A DNA stretch of 64,000 nucleotides from an uncultured Actinomycetota bacterium (GCA_963826365.1 CAWGXA010000014.1:285-64284), one strand, 5' to 3'. Counted from the stretch's first letter, positions 1 to 8,698 are shown. The notes: generated by a model from the sequence alone, not told the origin. Program-made: numbers and translations.

Positions 1-16
1 GTTTTGGCGAGGTGCG

Positions 17-640
17 TCAGGCCGCGGCGGAACGTAAGCCGAAGCGCTGGCGAAGAAACGCGGCAAGGCGCAGCGGGATTGCAATGAGGCTCAACAGGGC
101 GAACGGCACATATTCGGCGGCGTAGAGCCAATCCATTGTCTTCTGGTCGAGTGCGCCCGGCACAAAATCCGAGCCGAAGGCGATCAGAATGTAAGTCGTG
201 CCTAGGAAGAGCAGTGGCCGCCACAGACGTCCCAGGTTGCGCATTCCGATTCCGAAGGACAGCAGTACCAGCAGATAGGCGAAGAACAGTGCAACCAGGA
301 AGAACCACAACACGCCGCCCTGCAGCGGAATCTGGCCGATGACGACGCCCAGCCAGACGACCAATCCGATATGGACCTGAAGCGCGGTGGCGAAGGCTAG
401 GCCCAACGCTCGCGCCTGGCGCGCCAGCCCGGCAAAGGCTGGGCCGAACAGGATGGCCATCGCGCCGCCGACATAGGAAAGCCAGAAAAAAAGGAACGAC
501 CAGCGCGCCGTGACGCGCACCCCCAGCGTGAGGCCACCGGGACCGGTGCCGTAAGCGGCCAGAACGGCCACGGCAAGCGCGAGCCCGCCGCCGAACGCGC
601 CGATCATCCAAACCCATACCGGATCGTGTCTGCGCGTCAT
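17..640 (-). CDS. Multi-pass membrane protein, loosely ferric-reductase/MsrQ-like transmembrane domain
   Basis: About six hydrophobic segments; TARWSFLFF and LAFATALQVH segments; start taken at ATG 640 (ORF track extends to 682). Confidence 0.6.
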   Translation of the reverse strand: MTRRHDPVWVWMIGAFGGGLALAVAVLAAYGTGPGGLTLGVRVTARWSFLFFWLSYVGGAMAILFGPAFAGLARQARALGLAFATALQVHIGLVVWLGVVIGQIPLQGGVLWFFLVALFFAYLLVLLSFGIGMRNLGRLWRPLLFLGTTYILIAFGSDFVPGALDQKTMDWLYAAEYVPFALLSLIAIPLRLAAFLRQRFGLRSAAA

Positions 641-1025
641 CGTGAGCTCCGTCCCGCAAAACAAAGGCAGTAGCAGAGACATATGCTACCCAGCACCGAG
701 CTGGGTCATCAGAAAACGCAACATCGCACAGGAGGCTCGCAGGGCCGTACGAAAACCGAGCAGCTCTATGTCCGGGACAGCAGCACCGTAGCGGTGGTCG
801 GCGACGAGCCCTGTGCGAACCGGAACAAGGATGAGGTCTGGCGGTTCGACACGCTCGGGCGAAGTCCGTCGGCGTACGCTTCGAGTCCGACAAGCCGGTC
901 CTGTCGAAACTCCAACGTCTTCTCAGTTCCTAGGAAAACCGCGCGGCGGGGGACTGATGGACTGCACCTGCGAGCCGGGGTCAACGGGCGCAAGCCTAAG
1001 CCGCGGGCCGTCTTCCGTCGTGCAA

Positions 1026-1044
1026 TATACCCACAGAGGGTATA
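1026..1044. promoter_or_regulatory. CsoR/RicR-type copper operator-like palindrome
   Basis: TATACCC-ACAGA-GGGTATA, a perfect inverted repeat containing the RicR consensus TACCC-N5-(G/A)GGTA. Confidence 0.55.
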
Positions 1045-1237
1045 GGCGCAATGCAGAGTGCAGACGAGGGCCGGCTACTGAGACCACAAGGAAGATGTGC
1101 AGAAACGCCAGCGGTCAGCCGCCACCAAAGCTCCGCAATCCGTCGCTCTGGAGCTTCTGGAGAGCACCTATCGCACTGTGTCCAAGACGCCATTCAGGCC
1201 GGCGGACCAGGGGCGGACTCGAAGCGCATGAAGTTTC

Positions 1238-1648
1238 CTACTCGACCGGACTACAGACCACGAAAACGACGGCCATCGCGTGGCAATCGGCATGCGAAAG
1301 CGACAAAGACGAGCTGAGCCAGCCTTGGTGTTGTGCCCGCTCGGCGATCGCTCCGTTCAGGCGAAGCAGAGGCAGCGGACCGTCCTGTGTTACCTCGATC
1401 TCGCGCAGGGGAAACGGCATGTCGGGTTCTGCGAATGCCTTGATCACTGCTTCCTTGGCCGCGAACCGGGCTGCCAGTCTATGCACCCGGCTGCGGCCCC
1501 GGCAGTCGTTGATTTCGCTCGTCGTAAAAACCTTGCGCAGGTACCGGTCCCCGAACGCCGCCAGCGACTCCTGGACATCCGCAATGGCCACGACATCGCA
1601 TCCGACGCGGACACGGGGCCCGTCAACTTCGCCCGGCAAGGTGATCAT
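1238..1648 (-). CDS. acpS: AcpS-type 4'-phosphopantetheinyl transferase (cluster-dedicated paralog)
   Basis: GCDVV, RFAAKEAVIKA and SLSLSH motifs; 136 aa; ATGA-coupled to the upstream gene. Confidence 0.9.
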   Translation of the reverse strand: MITLPGEVDGPRVRVGCDVVAIADVQESLAAFGDRYLRKVFTTSEINDCRGRSRVHRLAARFAAKEAVIKAFAEPDMPFPLREIEVTQDGPLPLLRLNGAIAERAQHQGWLSSSLSLSHADCHAMAVVFVVCSPVE

Positions 1649-2124
1649 GCACTCGCCGTAATCGTTACGGTACCAAGGGAATCCGCCGATGCGACTTTAC
1701 CCAGCGGCGCAGCTTGATCGCGGCATCGTTGCAGCCGCACGCTGTACGGTGTCGCGGCCAGGAGATGAAAGAAGTTGTCCGAGGGTATCCAGCCCGGCGC
1801 GTCGATAGACACCGTTTCCAGTAGCGGCGACCAAACGATCTCCTCGGTGACCTCCAAGCCATAGAGCCGGCGGAGATCCTCCGGCTGTCGCTTAAGGAAT
1901 GTCCATTGGAGGCCGTCGTGGTCGGCGGAAAGGGTACAGGCGAATGCGGGCACCGGATCCAGCTCAAGAGCGTGGAGTGTTTCGATCCAAAGATCAAGGT
2001 AGCAATTGGTTTCCGGCCTGATCCGCTGGCCCGCATGACTGAAATGTGATTGGTATCCCCTGGGGCTGGCAGAGATCTGCAGGGCCGGCTCCGGCAGGCC
2101 GACTGCTACCGCGCGTGGCATCAC
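1645..2124 (-). pseudogene. DUF1839-family protein, shortened (probable internal deletion)
   Basis: PETNCYLDLWIETLHAL...DGLQWTFLK..EDLRRLYGLEV matches the DUF1839 N-terminus; similarity is lost after about residue 105; only 159 aa. Confidence 0.65.
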
Positions 2125-2366
2125 GCAGACGACTTTAGGCCTTCGACTACCTGCTCGATGTTGCGTATCGAAGCGAAGGTGGACTTCTTGAGCACTTCAT
2201 CGGGGAACTCGATGTCGAATGCATCCTCAATCCCAAGCATGACGTTGACCGACGCATGCGATGTCAGGCCGAGCTCGTAGAGGTCGGCCTCACTGTCCAC
2301 CTCGCGTGGATCGACTGCCAAACGGCCATGCGCAGCTAGGACGTCACGAATCCGGTCCTGTATCAC
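2121..2366 (-). CDS. Acyl/aminoacyl carrier protein
   Basis: 81 aa from GTG 2366 behind a GAGGAG SD; DLYELGLTSHASVNVMLGIEDAFDIEFPD carrier-protein helix with the Ser attachment site. Confidence 0.9.
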   Translation of the reverse strand: MIQDRIRDVLAAHGRLAVDPREVDSEADLYELGLTSHASVNVMLGIEDAFDIEFPDEVLKKSTFASIRNIEQVVEGLKSSA

Positions 2367-2957
2367 GCTTCTCCTCACATTTGTGCCGTGCCTGTTAGCC
2401 AGTGTTGGGTTCAGCAACATCGTAGAGGCGCGGCCCTGGTGTACAGATGCGGACATGACCGCATTCGGTTTGGGTGTCGATCATACTGGACTTGACCATC
2501 TAGGCTGCGACGATGGGGGTTGTCCGCGGCCGGACAGTTCGATCTCTGAGGCGAGACGGTGCAGAGGTCCTTGGCGTCCCCGATCTCGAGTCCTCAGAAC
2601 CGGTTTCGGCCCGGATCCAGCCCCTGGTCCCTGCCCGCGCCACCGATGCCACTGCGGTTGGGCCAGTAGGAACCGATGTCGCAGGCGATGCATCGACGCT
2701 CTGACGACCAGGAGGGCCTGACGCATCTCGACTGGGTCAACGAAGATCTCCCTCGGCTCGGGCATGAGAACCTGATTGAGCACTGCCGGCTGAGCACTCG
2801 GTGGGGCGTCGATGGTCAGCTTCACGAGGAGCGGCCTGCAAGGAGGCCGGCTTCATCTCATTTGGCTGGGAAGAGCCTGAAATATCTTGCCGCACAACGG
2901 TAGCCGAGCTTCCTCTCTTGCTGAATGTGCGCTGCAAACGGTAACCACAGCGGGCCG

Positions 2958-3299
2958 GTCAAGGAGTTCATCCGGTGAACGGCGACGCCTACGTCAACCA
3001 GGGAGCGGCCGCCGAGACTGTGGCGTCCGCCTTCAGTAAACCGAGCGGCGTCCTGTCGTGCCTTGACCTGGTGGCGCCGATCGCGTACGACGAGGGCCAG
3101 CCATGGCCGCCGGACACCTGTCGCTGAGCCACGGAGTTGGCGCTATCTACTGGGTGGGTTCAATGCAGGCGGCCCGGGTTCCCAGCCTCGGGCTGGCGAT
3201 CAGCCGGGCGCTGACCAACGCGGCGTTTCGCCGAGGAGCGGGCGCGCGCACGCTCCCGCCATGGCTGAACAGATGTACCGTCAGATCGGATACGAATAG
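2958..3299 (+). pseudogene. GNAT acetyltransferase C-terminal relic with several frameshifts
   Basis: Joining frames gives KEFIR/NGDAY...FSKPSGVL...IAYDEGQP/MAAGHLSLSHGVGAIYWVGSMQAAR..LGLAISRALTNAAFRRGA/MAEQMYRQIGYE. Confidence 0.7.
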
Positions 3300-3358
3300 C
3301 TCTTCTATTATTTAGACGTACGTTCGAGTGTGGGCCGGAGGCGGAGGCAGACGTCGAG

Positions 3359-4621
3359 ATGACAGATTCCATCGACGACCGGCCGCTGCTGGTGATCCCG
3401 TCGGACTGCGGCGTCGAACCGATGACGTTGACCGAGATAGTCGCCGGCCGCTTCCGCCTGTTGTGGCTGACCGATCCGGCCGTTGCGCTGCCCCAGAGCC
3501 TGCACCGCATACTCCGGAAATTCGGGCAGGTCCTCGACGTGACCGGAGAGCCACCGCAGAATGTCGCCAAGATGGTGGGCAAGTTTCGACCGAACGGTGT
3601 GGTCACTTTCTGGGACCGTCGCATTCTCGAGCTGTCCTATCTCGCCGCTGAGCTCGGTCTTCCGTTCCACCAGCCGGAGGTCGCTCTCCGTCTGGTCGAC
3701 AAGTATCTTCAGCGAGAGGCGCTGGCTGCGGCTGGCTTACCCGTACCCGGATATGGGATTCTGTCTGAGGGTCTTGACGATCTGTTCGCCGCTGAGACCC
3801 TGTCGAGCGTGACGTACCCTGCGGTACTGAAACCCCGTCGCGGGTGCGGCAGCGAGTACGTCTACGGCGTGCAAAGCTTCGACCAGCTGGTGCAGGTGAT
3901 GACGGCGCTTCGCGCCGAAGGCATGGTCGAACCGATGATTCTCGAAGAGTTTCTTCTCCCTCTCCCGAGACCAGATGCCGATGCGATAGCCCCCATGGTC
4001 TCTGTCGAGAGCTACCTTAGTGACGGCGAGCTGAGCCATGTTGCCATCACCGGCCGGTTCGCGCTGGTCGAACCGTTTCGAGAGACCGGCAATTTCGTGC
4101 CTGCTGATCTGGGCGCCTCGCAGCGTGAGGACGTGCTCGAGCTCGCCGCAGCTGCCGCGGGCGCGATGGGGGCTGAGAGTGGATGCTTCCACACCGAGAT
4201 CAAGCTGACGCCCGACGGTCCCCGAGTGATCGAGGTCAACGGACGTGTTGCCGGAGGCGGCACACCTCAATTGATACAGCGAGTCGGCGGGGTAGACCTT
4301 TTCGACATCGCGATCCGGCTCGCTACCGGCCAGCGAGTTCCTCCCACCCAGCCCGTGAGCCCCCGCGGCATCGCCTATTTCGCGCTGGTGCAGCCTCCCG
4401 TCACAGCTCGGCGGGTGGTCCGGATAGATGGACTGGACGCTCTCGCGTCACGGCCCGGTGTCGACCGCGTCATGGTAAACCGGCACCCTGGCGAGGAGGT
4501 TGACTGGAAGTTGGGCTATCCCGAGTTCGTGCTGCGTGCCGACGGGATGGCAGCGGACTTCAATGAGCTACGTGACGCGTACCGGTACCTGCATGGGGAG
4601 GTAGTGATCGGTTATGACTAG
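3359..4621 (+). CDS. ATP-grasp amino-acid ligase (L-amino-acid ligase-like), paralog 1
   Basis: DKYLQREAL, YPAVLKPRRGCGS, ILEEFL, SVES, FHTEIKLTPDGPRVIEVNGR motifs. Confidence 0.9.
   Translation: MTDSIDDRPLLVIPSDCGVEPMTLTEIVAGRFRLLWLTDPAVALPQSLHRILRKFGQVLDVTGEPPQNVAKMVGKFRPNGVVTFWDRRILELSYLAAELGLPFHQPEVALRLVDKYLQREALAAAGLPVPGYGILSEGLDDLFAAETLSSVTYPAVLKPRRGCGSEYVYGVQSFDQLVQVMTALRAEGMVEPMILEEFLLPLPRPDADAIAPMVSVESYLSDGELSHVAITGRFALVEPFRETGNFVPADLGASQREDVLELAAAAAGAMGAESGCFHTEIKLTPDGPRVIEVNGRVAGGGTPQLIQRVGGVDLFDIAIRLATGQRVPPTQPVSPRGIAYFALVQPPVTARRVVRIDGLDALASRPGVDRVMVNRHPGEEVDWKLGYPEFVLRADGMAADFNELRDAYRYLHGEVVIGYD
4513..4567 (+). repeat. Copy 1 of a 55-bp imperfect direct repeat (3' end of ATP-grasp 1)
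   Basis: 49/55 identical to 6806-6860 by manual alignment. Confidence 0.9.
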
Positions 4622-4725
4622 GTCGACGTGCGCTAGTGGGCACGCCGGTCGAGCCAAGGCGCGACCTACGGCAGAGAGCAACGCCGGGGGCAGATCTCTT
4701 GCCAGGCGGATGAGGCGCGTTATCG

Positions 4726-4867
4726 CATGGCTCACCAGCATCCCAATCTGATGACGCCGCCGCACTGGCAGCCGCCGCAGGCTTCCAGCAGGTCTCGGTG
4801 AGCCTCAGCCACGGCGCGGGAGTCGGGCATCGCCACAGCAGGCGGGGCATGTCGGTCGATGTCGTGA
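4726..4867 (+). pseudogene. Second AcpS C-terminal relic
   Basis: HGSP...DDAAALAAAAGFQQVSVSLSHGAGVG then a frameshift to IATA; matches the AcpS C-terminal SVSLSH region. Confidence 0.5.
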
Positions 4868-4879
4868 CGCCTGCGGAGG

Positions 4880-6583
4880 TCAGACTTCCGTGAGCGGACC
4901 GCTCGGCTTGGTCGTCGCCGACCAGGGCGCCAGGGACACCGGCGAGGTGGCGGCCGGGGCAGCGGGGCCGAGCAGCCAGGTGAGTTCTGCAGCGATGGCT
5001 TCGAAGACGACGGGGCGCTGCCAGCACCGGCCCATCGTTTGGTCGACGTAGTCGGCGCCAGGGACCTCGACGACGCGAATGACGCCCGACTCGGTCACGC
5101 TGCGCACCCGCCGAGCCAGGCGGTCCTGCAGGTACACCAGACCGTCGTCGCCCTCGGTGAAGATCAGTGCGGCGCGCCTGCCCTGACGGACCAGGTCGTC
5201 TAGCCACTCACCGGCCGGCGGGCGGATGCCCCGCTCGTCCTCGTCGTCCCAGCGCCCTTCGGCCGCCGCCCGCTTGATGTCGAGGATCTCTGGCATCCGG
5301 CGCGCTCGGGTGTCCCAGATGAGCGCCTCGACGGGGTCGCCCTGCTGCCAGTACAGCGGCGGGTTCAGGACGACCAGTCCCGCAACGTCGGTCGCCCGCG
5401 CCGCGGCCAGCGCCGACCAGGAACCGGAGCACAAGCCGCCGAGGACCACCCGTCGTCGCGGGTTCTCACTCAGCGCCTCGACCAGCCGGGTGATGTCATC
5501 TACGGCGTGGGCATCACCGGGCCGACCAGGCACGGAAGGGCCGTCCGGACTCTCTCCCCATCCGCGCAGGTCGACCCGCAGCGTCGCCCGGCCGACCGTC
5601 GTCAGGTAGCGCGCCAGCTCCACCCACGCCCGACCCGGGCCGGTGTGCGGGTCTGACCCGCTGTTGACCAGGACATACACATCGTCGGGCACGGTGGTCA
5701 CCGGCGCGGCCGTCGTCAGCACTCCCACCAGCCGGTCTGGACCGAGCGTCACGAACCGTTCGAAGAGCGGCCGGCCGCGATGGTGCACCGCGGTGGCCGC
5801 ACGCGCGTCGCCGGCGCCGGCTGGAGTCGCGATCTGGAGGCCGTCGATCCAGTCCGCGATGGCCAGGACCAGGCCCGATTCGAAGGTCGCATCCTCCGAA
5901 GGTCGTGACATGAACTCCGGGACCGCATCGTTATCGAGTCCGACGGCGAAGGAGGGCACGTCAGGAGGTTGCGGAGCCGGCAACGAGCTGATCTCGTCGA
6001 GCAAAGCGTCAGGGAAGTAGTAGCCACCGACCGCGATGCCGCCGAGGTCCTCCGGCGCTCGAAGGCCGATCATCTTCAACGCCCGCACCAGCTGGCGGCC
6101 GGATTGTGACTGCGCCACGGATACGATCCCGGCTGCCCCGAGTTCGGGACCGTCCAGCAGCGCGAAGAGGGCGCCCAGCTGAGCACCAACCACGACGACA
6201 TGCTGAACTTCCTCCTCCTGCGTCAGATGCGCGACGGCGGTGGGCAGGACCGAGCGCCAGGGCGCGAGGCGCTGCAACGACTCGGCTGCGCCGCCGCTGT
6301 CACCGGTACCCGGATAGTCGACCCGAAGCGTGGTGATGCCGCGGGTCGCAAGCGTCTCAGCCAGCATGCGCCAGAACCGATGACTGCTGGAGTAGGCGTA
6401 TCCGGCGGGCGGGAGGATGACGACCCCGACGTCCGACCGGAGCGCCGGCCGGGTGAGCCACCCGGCAATTGCAGAGAACTCGGGCTCCTGCTCCGGTGGT
6501 GAGAGCCACAGCCCCGACGTCTGCGTAGCCGCGCTGTATCCGACGTCCGCCCCCGATGGGCTCGGGCAAGATTTGGCACTCAT
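4880..6583 (-). CDS. Two-domain alpha/beta hydrolase-fold protein
   Basis: Two repeats of the fold: RVDYPGTGDS...VGAQLGA and RVDLRGWGES...GGLCSGSW. Confidence 0.8.
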   Translation of the reverse strand: MSAKSCPSPSGADVGYSAATQTSGLWLSPPEQEPEFSAIAGWLTRPALRSDVGVVILPPAGYAYSSSHRFWRMLAETLATRGITTLRVDYPGTGDSGGAAESLQRLAPWRSVLPTAVAHLTQEEEVQHVVVVGAQLGALFALLDGPELGAAGIVSVAQSQSGRQLVRALKMIGLRAPEDLGGIAVGGYYFPDALLDEISSLPAPQPPDVPSFAVGLDNDAVPEFMSRPSEDATFESGLVLAIADWIDGLQIATPAGAGDARAATAVHHRGRPLFERFVTLGPDRLVGVLTTAAPVTTVPDDVYVLVNSGSDPHTGPGRAWVELARYLTTVGRATLRVDLRGWGESPDGPSVPGRPGDAHAVDDITRLVEALSENPRRRVVLGGLCSGSWSALAAARATDVAGLVVLNPPLYWQQGDPVEALIWDTRARRMPEILDIKRAAAEGRWDDEDERGIRPPAGEWLDDLVRQGRRAALIFTEGDDGLVYLQDRLARRVRSVTESGVIRVVEVPGADYVDQTMGRCWQRPVVFEAIAAELTWLLGPAAPAATSPVSLAPWSATTKPSGPLTEV

Positions 6584-6805
6584 TCCGGTTCGCCCCCCGT
6601 CGTCACTGGCATGAACCGACCGAGCTGCTTCAGCCGTTGTTCTGACACGCTAGGCCGGTTGGCGTCGCGGGCGAAGAGGTCTGCCGCACTCATAGAGAAT
6701 TCACAATTGACGTTGTGGTTACTTTCTGCGTTGCGCTGGTCCAGCAGCGCTTCCGCCATGTCTAGCGACGGCAACGGCCCGCCCGGCTCCCGCGCCGCAA
6801 AACGA

Positions 6806-6860
6806 GGGCTATCCCGAGTTCGTGTTCCGTGTCGACGGTATGGCTGCGGACTTCGATGAG
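6806..6860 (+). repeat. Copy 2 of the 55-bp repeat: orphan ATP-grasp C-terminal fragment
   Basis: Encodes GYPEFVFRVDGMAADFDE versus GYPEFVLRADGMAADFNE in ATP-grasp 1. Confidence 0.85.
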
Positions 6861-6944
6861 TACGGGCGCTGGCCCAGGCGGCTGGGGCTGAAGTTCTGGT
6901 TCGACAGGCTCCCGAGGTCCGGGGCGAGGGCCAGGCCCTCCTGC

Positions 6945-7101
6945 GATGACCGTGCCGAACGGGGCAGCAGCGGGAACATGTCGGCGATGTCTCCGCGCGT
7001 CTGGTCGACCAACCACAGCAGCTCGCATCGGTCTGCGGCGGCCTCCACGATCTGCTGATCGGCACAGACCGTGGCCCATAGGCGACCGCGACGGCTGGAC
7101 G
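6945..7101 (-). pseudogene. N-terminal relic of a third ATP-grasp paralog
   Basis: RPAVAVAYGPRSVPI/QQIVEAAADRCELLWLVDQ...DMFPLL/FGTVI over two frameshifts, aligning to RPLVAVGYGPRCVPVMQLAEAAAGLCDLLWMID...LLNRFGAVV of 13267-14541. Confidence 0.8.
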
Positions 7102-7156
7102 CCGGATTTTTCGCGGCGTGTTTCGGTAACCTCACCGGTGAGCGAGAATAGCGAGC

Positions 7157-8698
7157 GTGCAGCACCTGCGAGAAGGCGTGACGGACCACGGCGTGCTCGG
7201 TGCGGTGCTGGAGCACGCCGATCGGGCCCCGGATCGGCCCGCGGTCAAGGATCTGGATCGCGCGCTGACCAGAGGCGAGCTGCGCGGCGCAGCAGGGAGA
7301 GTGGCCGCCGGCTTACTCCAGAAAGGCGTCGAGCCCGGGGATCGGGTTGCCCTGCTGATCGGCAACTCGGTCGACTTCGTGGTCGCGGCACTGGGCTGCC
7401 TGTGGGCGGGAGTCACGTTCGTTCCACTGGCGGTCACCGATCCAGATCTCCGCCGTGCGCAGATCGTGGCCGACTGCCGGCCCGCACAAGTGATCACCGC
7501 GGGCACGGACCAAACGGCGCCATCGGGACTTCCGGTCGGCACCGCGTGGACCTCCCTTTCGGCGTTGAGCGCCGCAGACGGGCCCCCGCCACCACCCGTG
7601 ACGGGCCCGGTCGCCTACATCATTTACACGTCGGGGACGACCGGCATCCCCAAAGGCGTGCAGATTTCACCGGCGGCCTTTGTCACCGCAGTCGAAGCAT
7701 GCGCCGACGCCGTGGGACTCACCGCGGACGACCGTTGCCTCTGCGTTTCGCCGGTGCACTTCGACGGGTCCTTCTCGGCGATGTTTCCGCCGCTCGTGCG
7801 CGGCGTCCCGCTCGTCATTCCGGACCGGGAAGCGCTCCTGTTCCCTCGCAGGTTCTTCTCGATTGTCGCCGGCGAGGGGATCACGGCGACCAGCTTCTCG
7901 CCGAGCTACCTCAGGTTGCTCCGGTCCAGCGGCCGTTTGGCGCAGTTGGCTGACACCCCGCTGAGAGTGATGGCCCTGGGCGGCGAAGCGCCGGCCACGG
8001 CCGATATCAGGGCGGTGTGGGCCGCCAATCCTGAACTGCGGGTGGTGAATCGGTACGGCCCGACCGAGACGACCATCGCCGTCGCCCATCTGGAGCTGAC
8101 GCCCGAGTTGCTCGACGCGGGACAGATACCGATCGGTCAACCTCATCACGGGAGCTCGTTCCACCTCATTGATGAGCACGGTGGGCTGGTGGATCGTCCT
8201 GGAGTGGTCGGCGAGCTGTACATCGGCGGACCGCAGCTGATGGCTGGATATCTGAACGACCCGACGCGGAGCGCAGCTGTGCTGCGGACCGACGTTGTCG
8301 ACGGAACCACCCTCTACCGCACTGGTGACCTCGTGTTCCGCGACGACCGCGGCAACTACGTCTACGCGGGCCGTTCGGACCGCGTCATCAAGCGACACGG
8401 GGTGCGGATGTCGCTGGTCGAGGTGACCGAGGCGCTCGGCGGCACCGACGGGGTCGCATCCGCGGCATGCACGACCTTCGACCTGGAGGGCGGATTGGGG
8501 GTCGTCGCATTCGTGGTGCCGGACGGTGAGCTCACCCCGCTCGCGGTCCGCCAGGCCGCCAGCGAGCGACTCCCCGAAACGATGCTGCCCGATCAATTCG
8601 TCTTAGTCGCCAACTTGCCCTTGACGTCTTCCAGCAAGGTCGATGAGCGACGGCTGCTGAACGAGGCTGGCTTGTCTCCGCCAAACGAAGGGGCCTGA
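7157..8698 (+). CDS. Stand-alone amino-acid adenylation enzyme (NRPS A-domain/DltA-like)
   Basis: YIIYTSGTTGIPKG (A3), FDGS (A4), NRYGPTETT (A5), YRTGD (A7), GRSDRVIKRHGVR (A8), LPLTSSSKVD (A10); no T or C domain. Confidence 0.9.
   Translation: MQHLREGVTDHGVLGAVLEHADRAPDRPAVKDLDRALTRGELRGAAGRVAAGLLQKGVEPGDRVALLIGNSVDFVVAALGCLWAGVTFVPLAVTDPDLRRAQIVADCRPAQVITAGTDQTAPSGLPVGTAWTSLSALSAADGPPPPPVTGPVAYIIYTSGTTGIPKGVQISPAAFVTAVEACADAVGLTADDRCLCVSPVHFDGSFSAMFPPLVRGVPLVIPDREALLFPRRFFSIVAGEGITATSFSPSYLRLLRSSGRLAQLADTPLRVMALGGEAPATADIRAVWAANPELRVVNRYGPTETTIAVAHLELTPELLDAGQIPIGQPHHGSSFHLIDEHGGLVDRPGVVGELYIGGPQLMAGYLNDPTRSAAVLRTDVVDGTTLYRTGDLVFRDDRGNYVYAGRSDRVIKRHGVRMSLVEVTEALGGTDGVASAACTTFDLEGGLGVVAFVVPDGELTPLAVRQAASERLPETMLPDQFVLVANLPLTSSSKVDERRLLNEAGLSPPNEGA

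Noticed and set aside
683-1237. Several short ORFs between the membrane gene and acpS
   Set aside because: None resembles a known family; I looked for a metallothionein-like ORF near the copper-type operator and found none
2481-2825. 114-aa ORF upstream of the ACP
   Set aside because: No SD, no recognisable motif, low-complexity Arg/Gly/Pro composition; not supportable as a gene
6580-7065. 161-aa minus-strand ORF whose stop overlaps the hydrolase start (ATGA)
   Set aside because: Its 5' part is an out-of-frame piece of the ATP-grasp relic and the rest has no recognisable motif; the coupling may be chance
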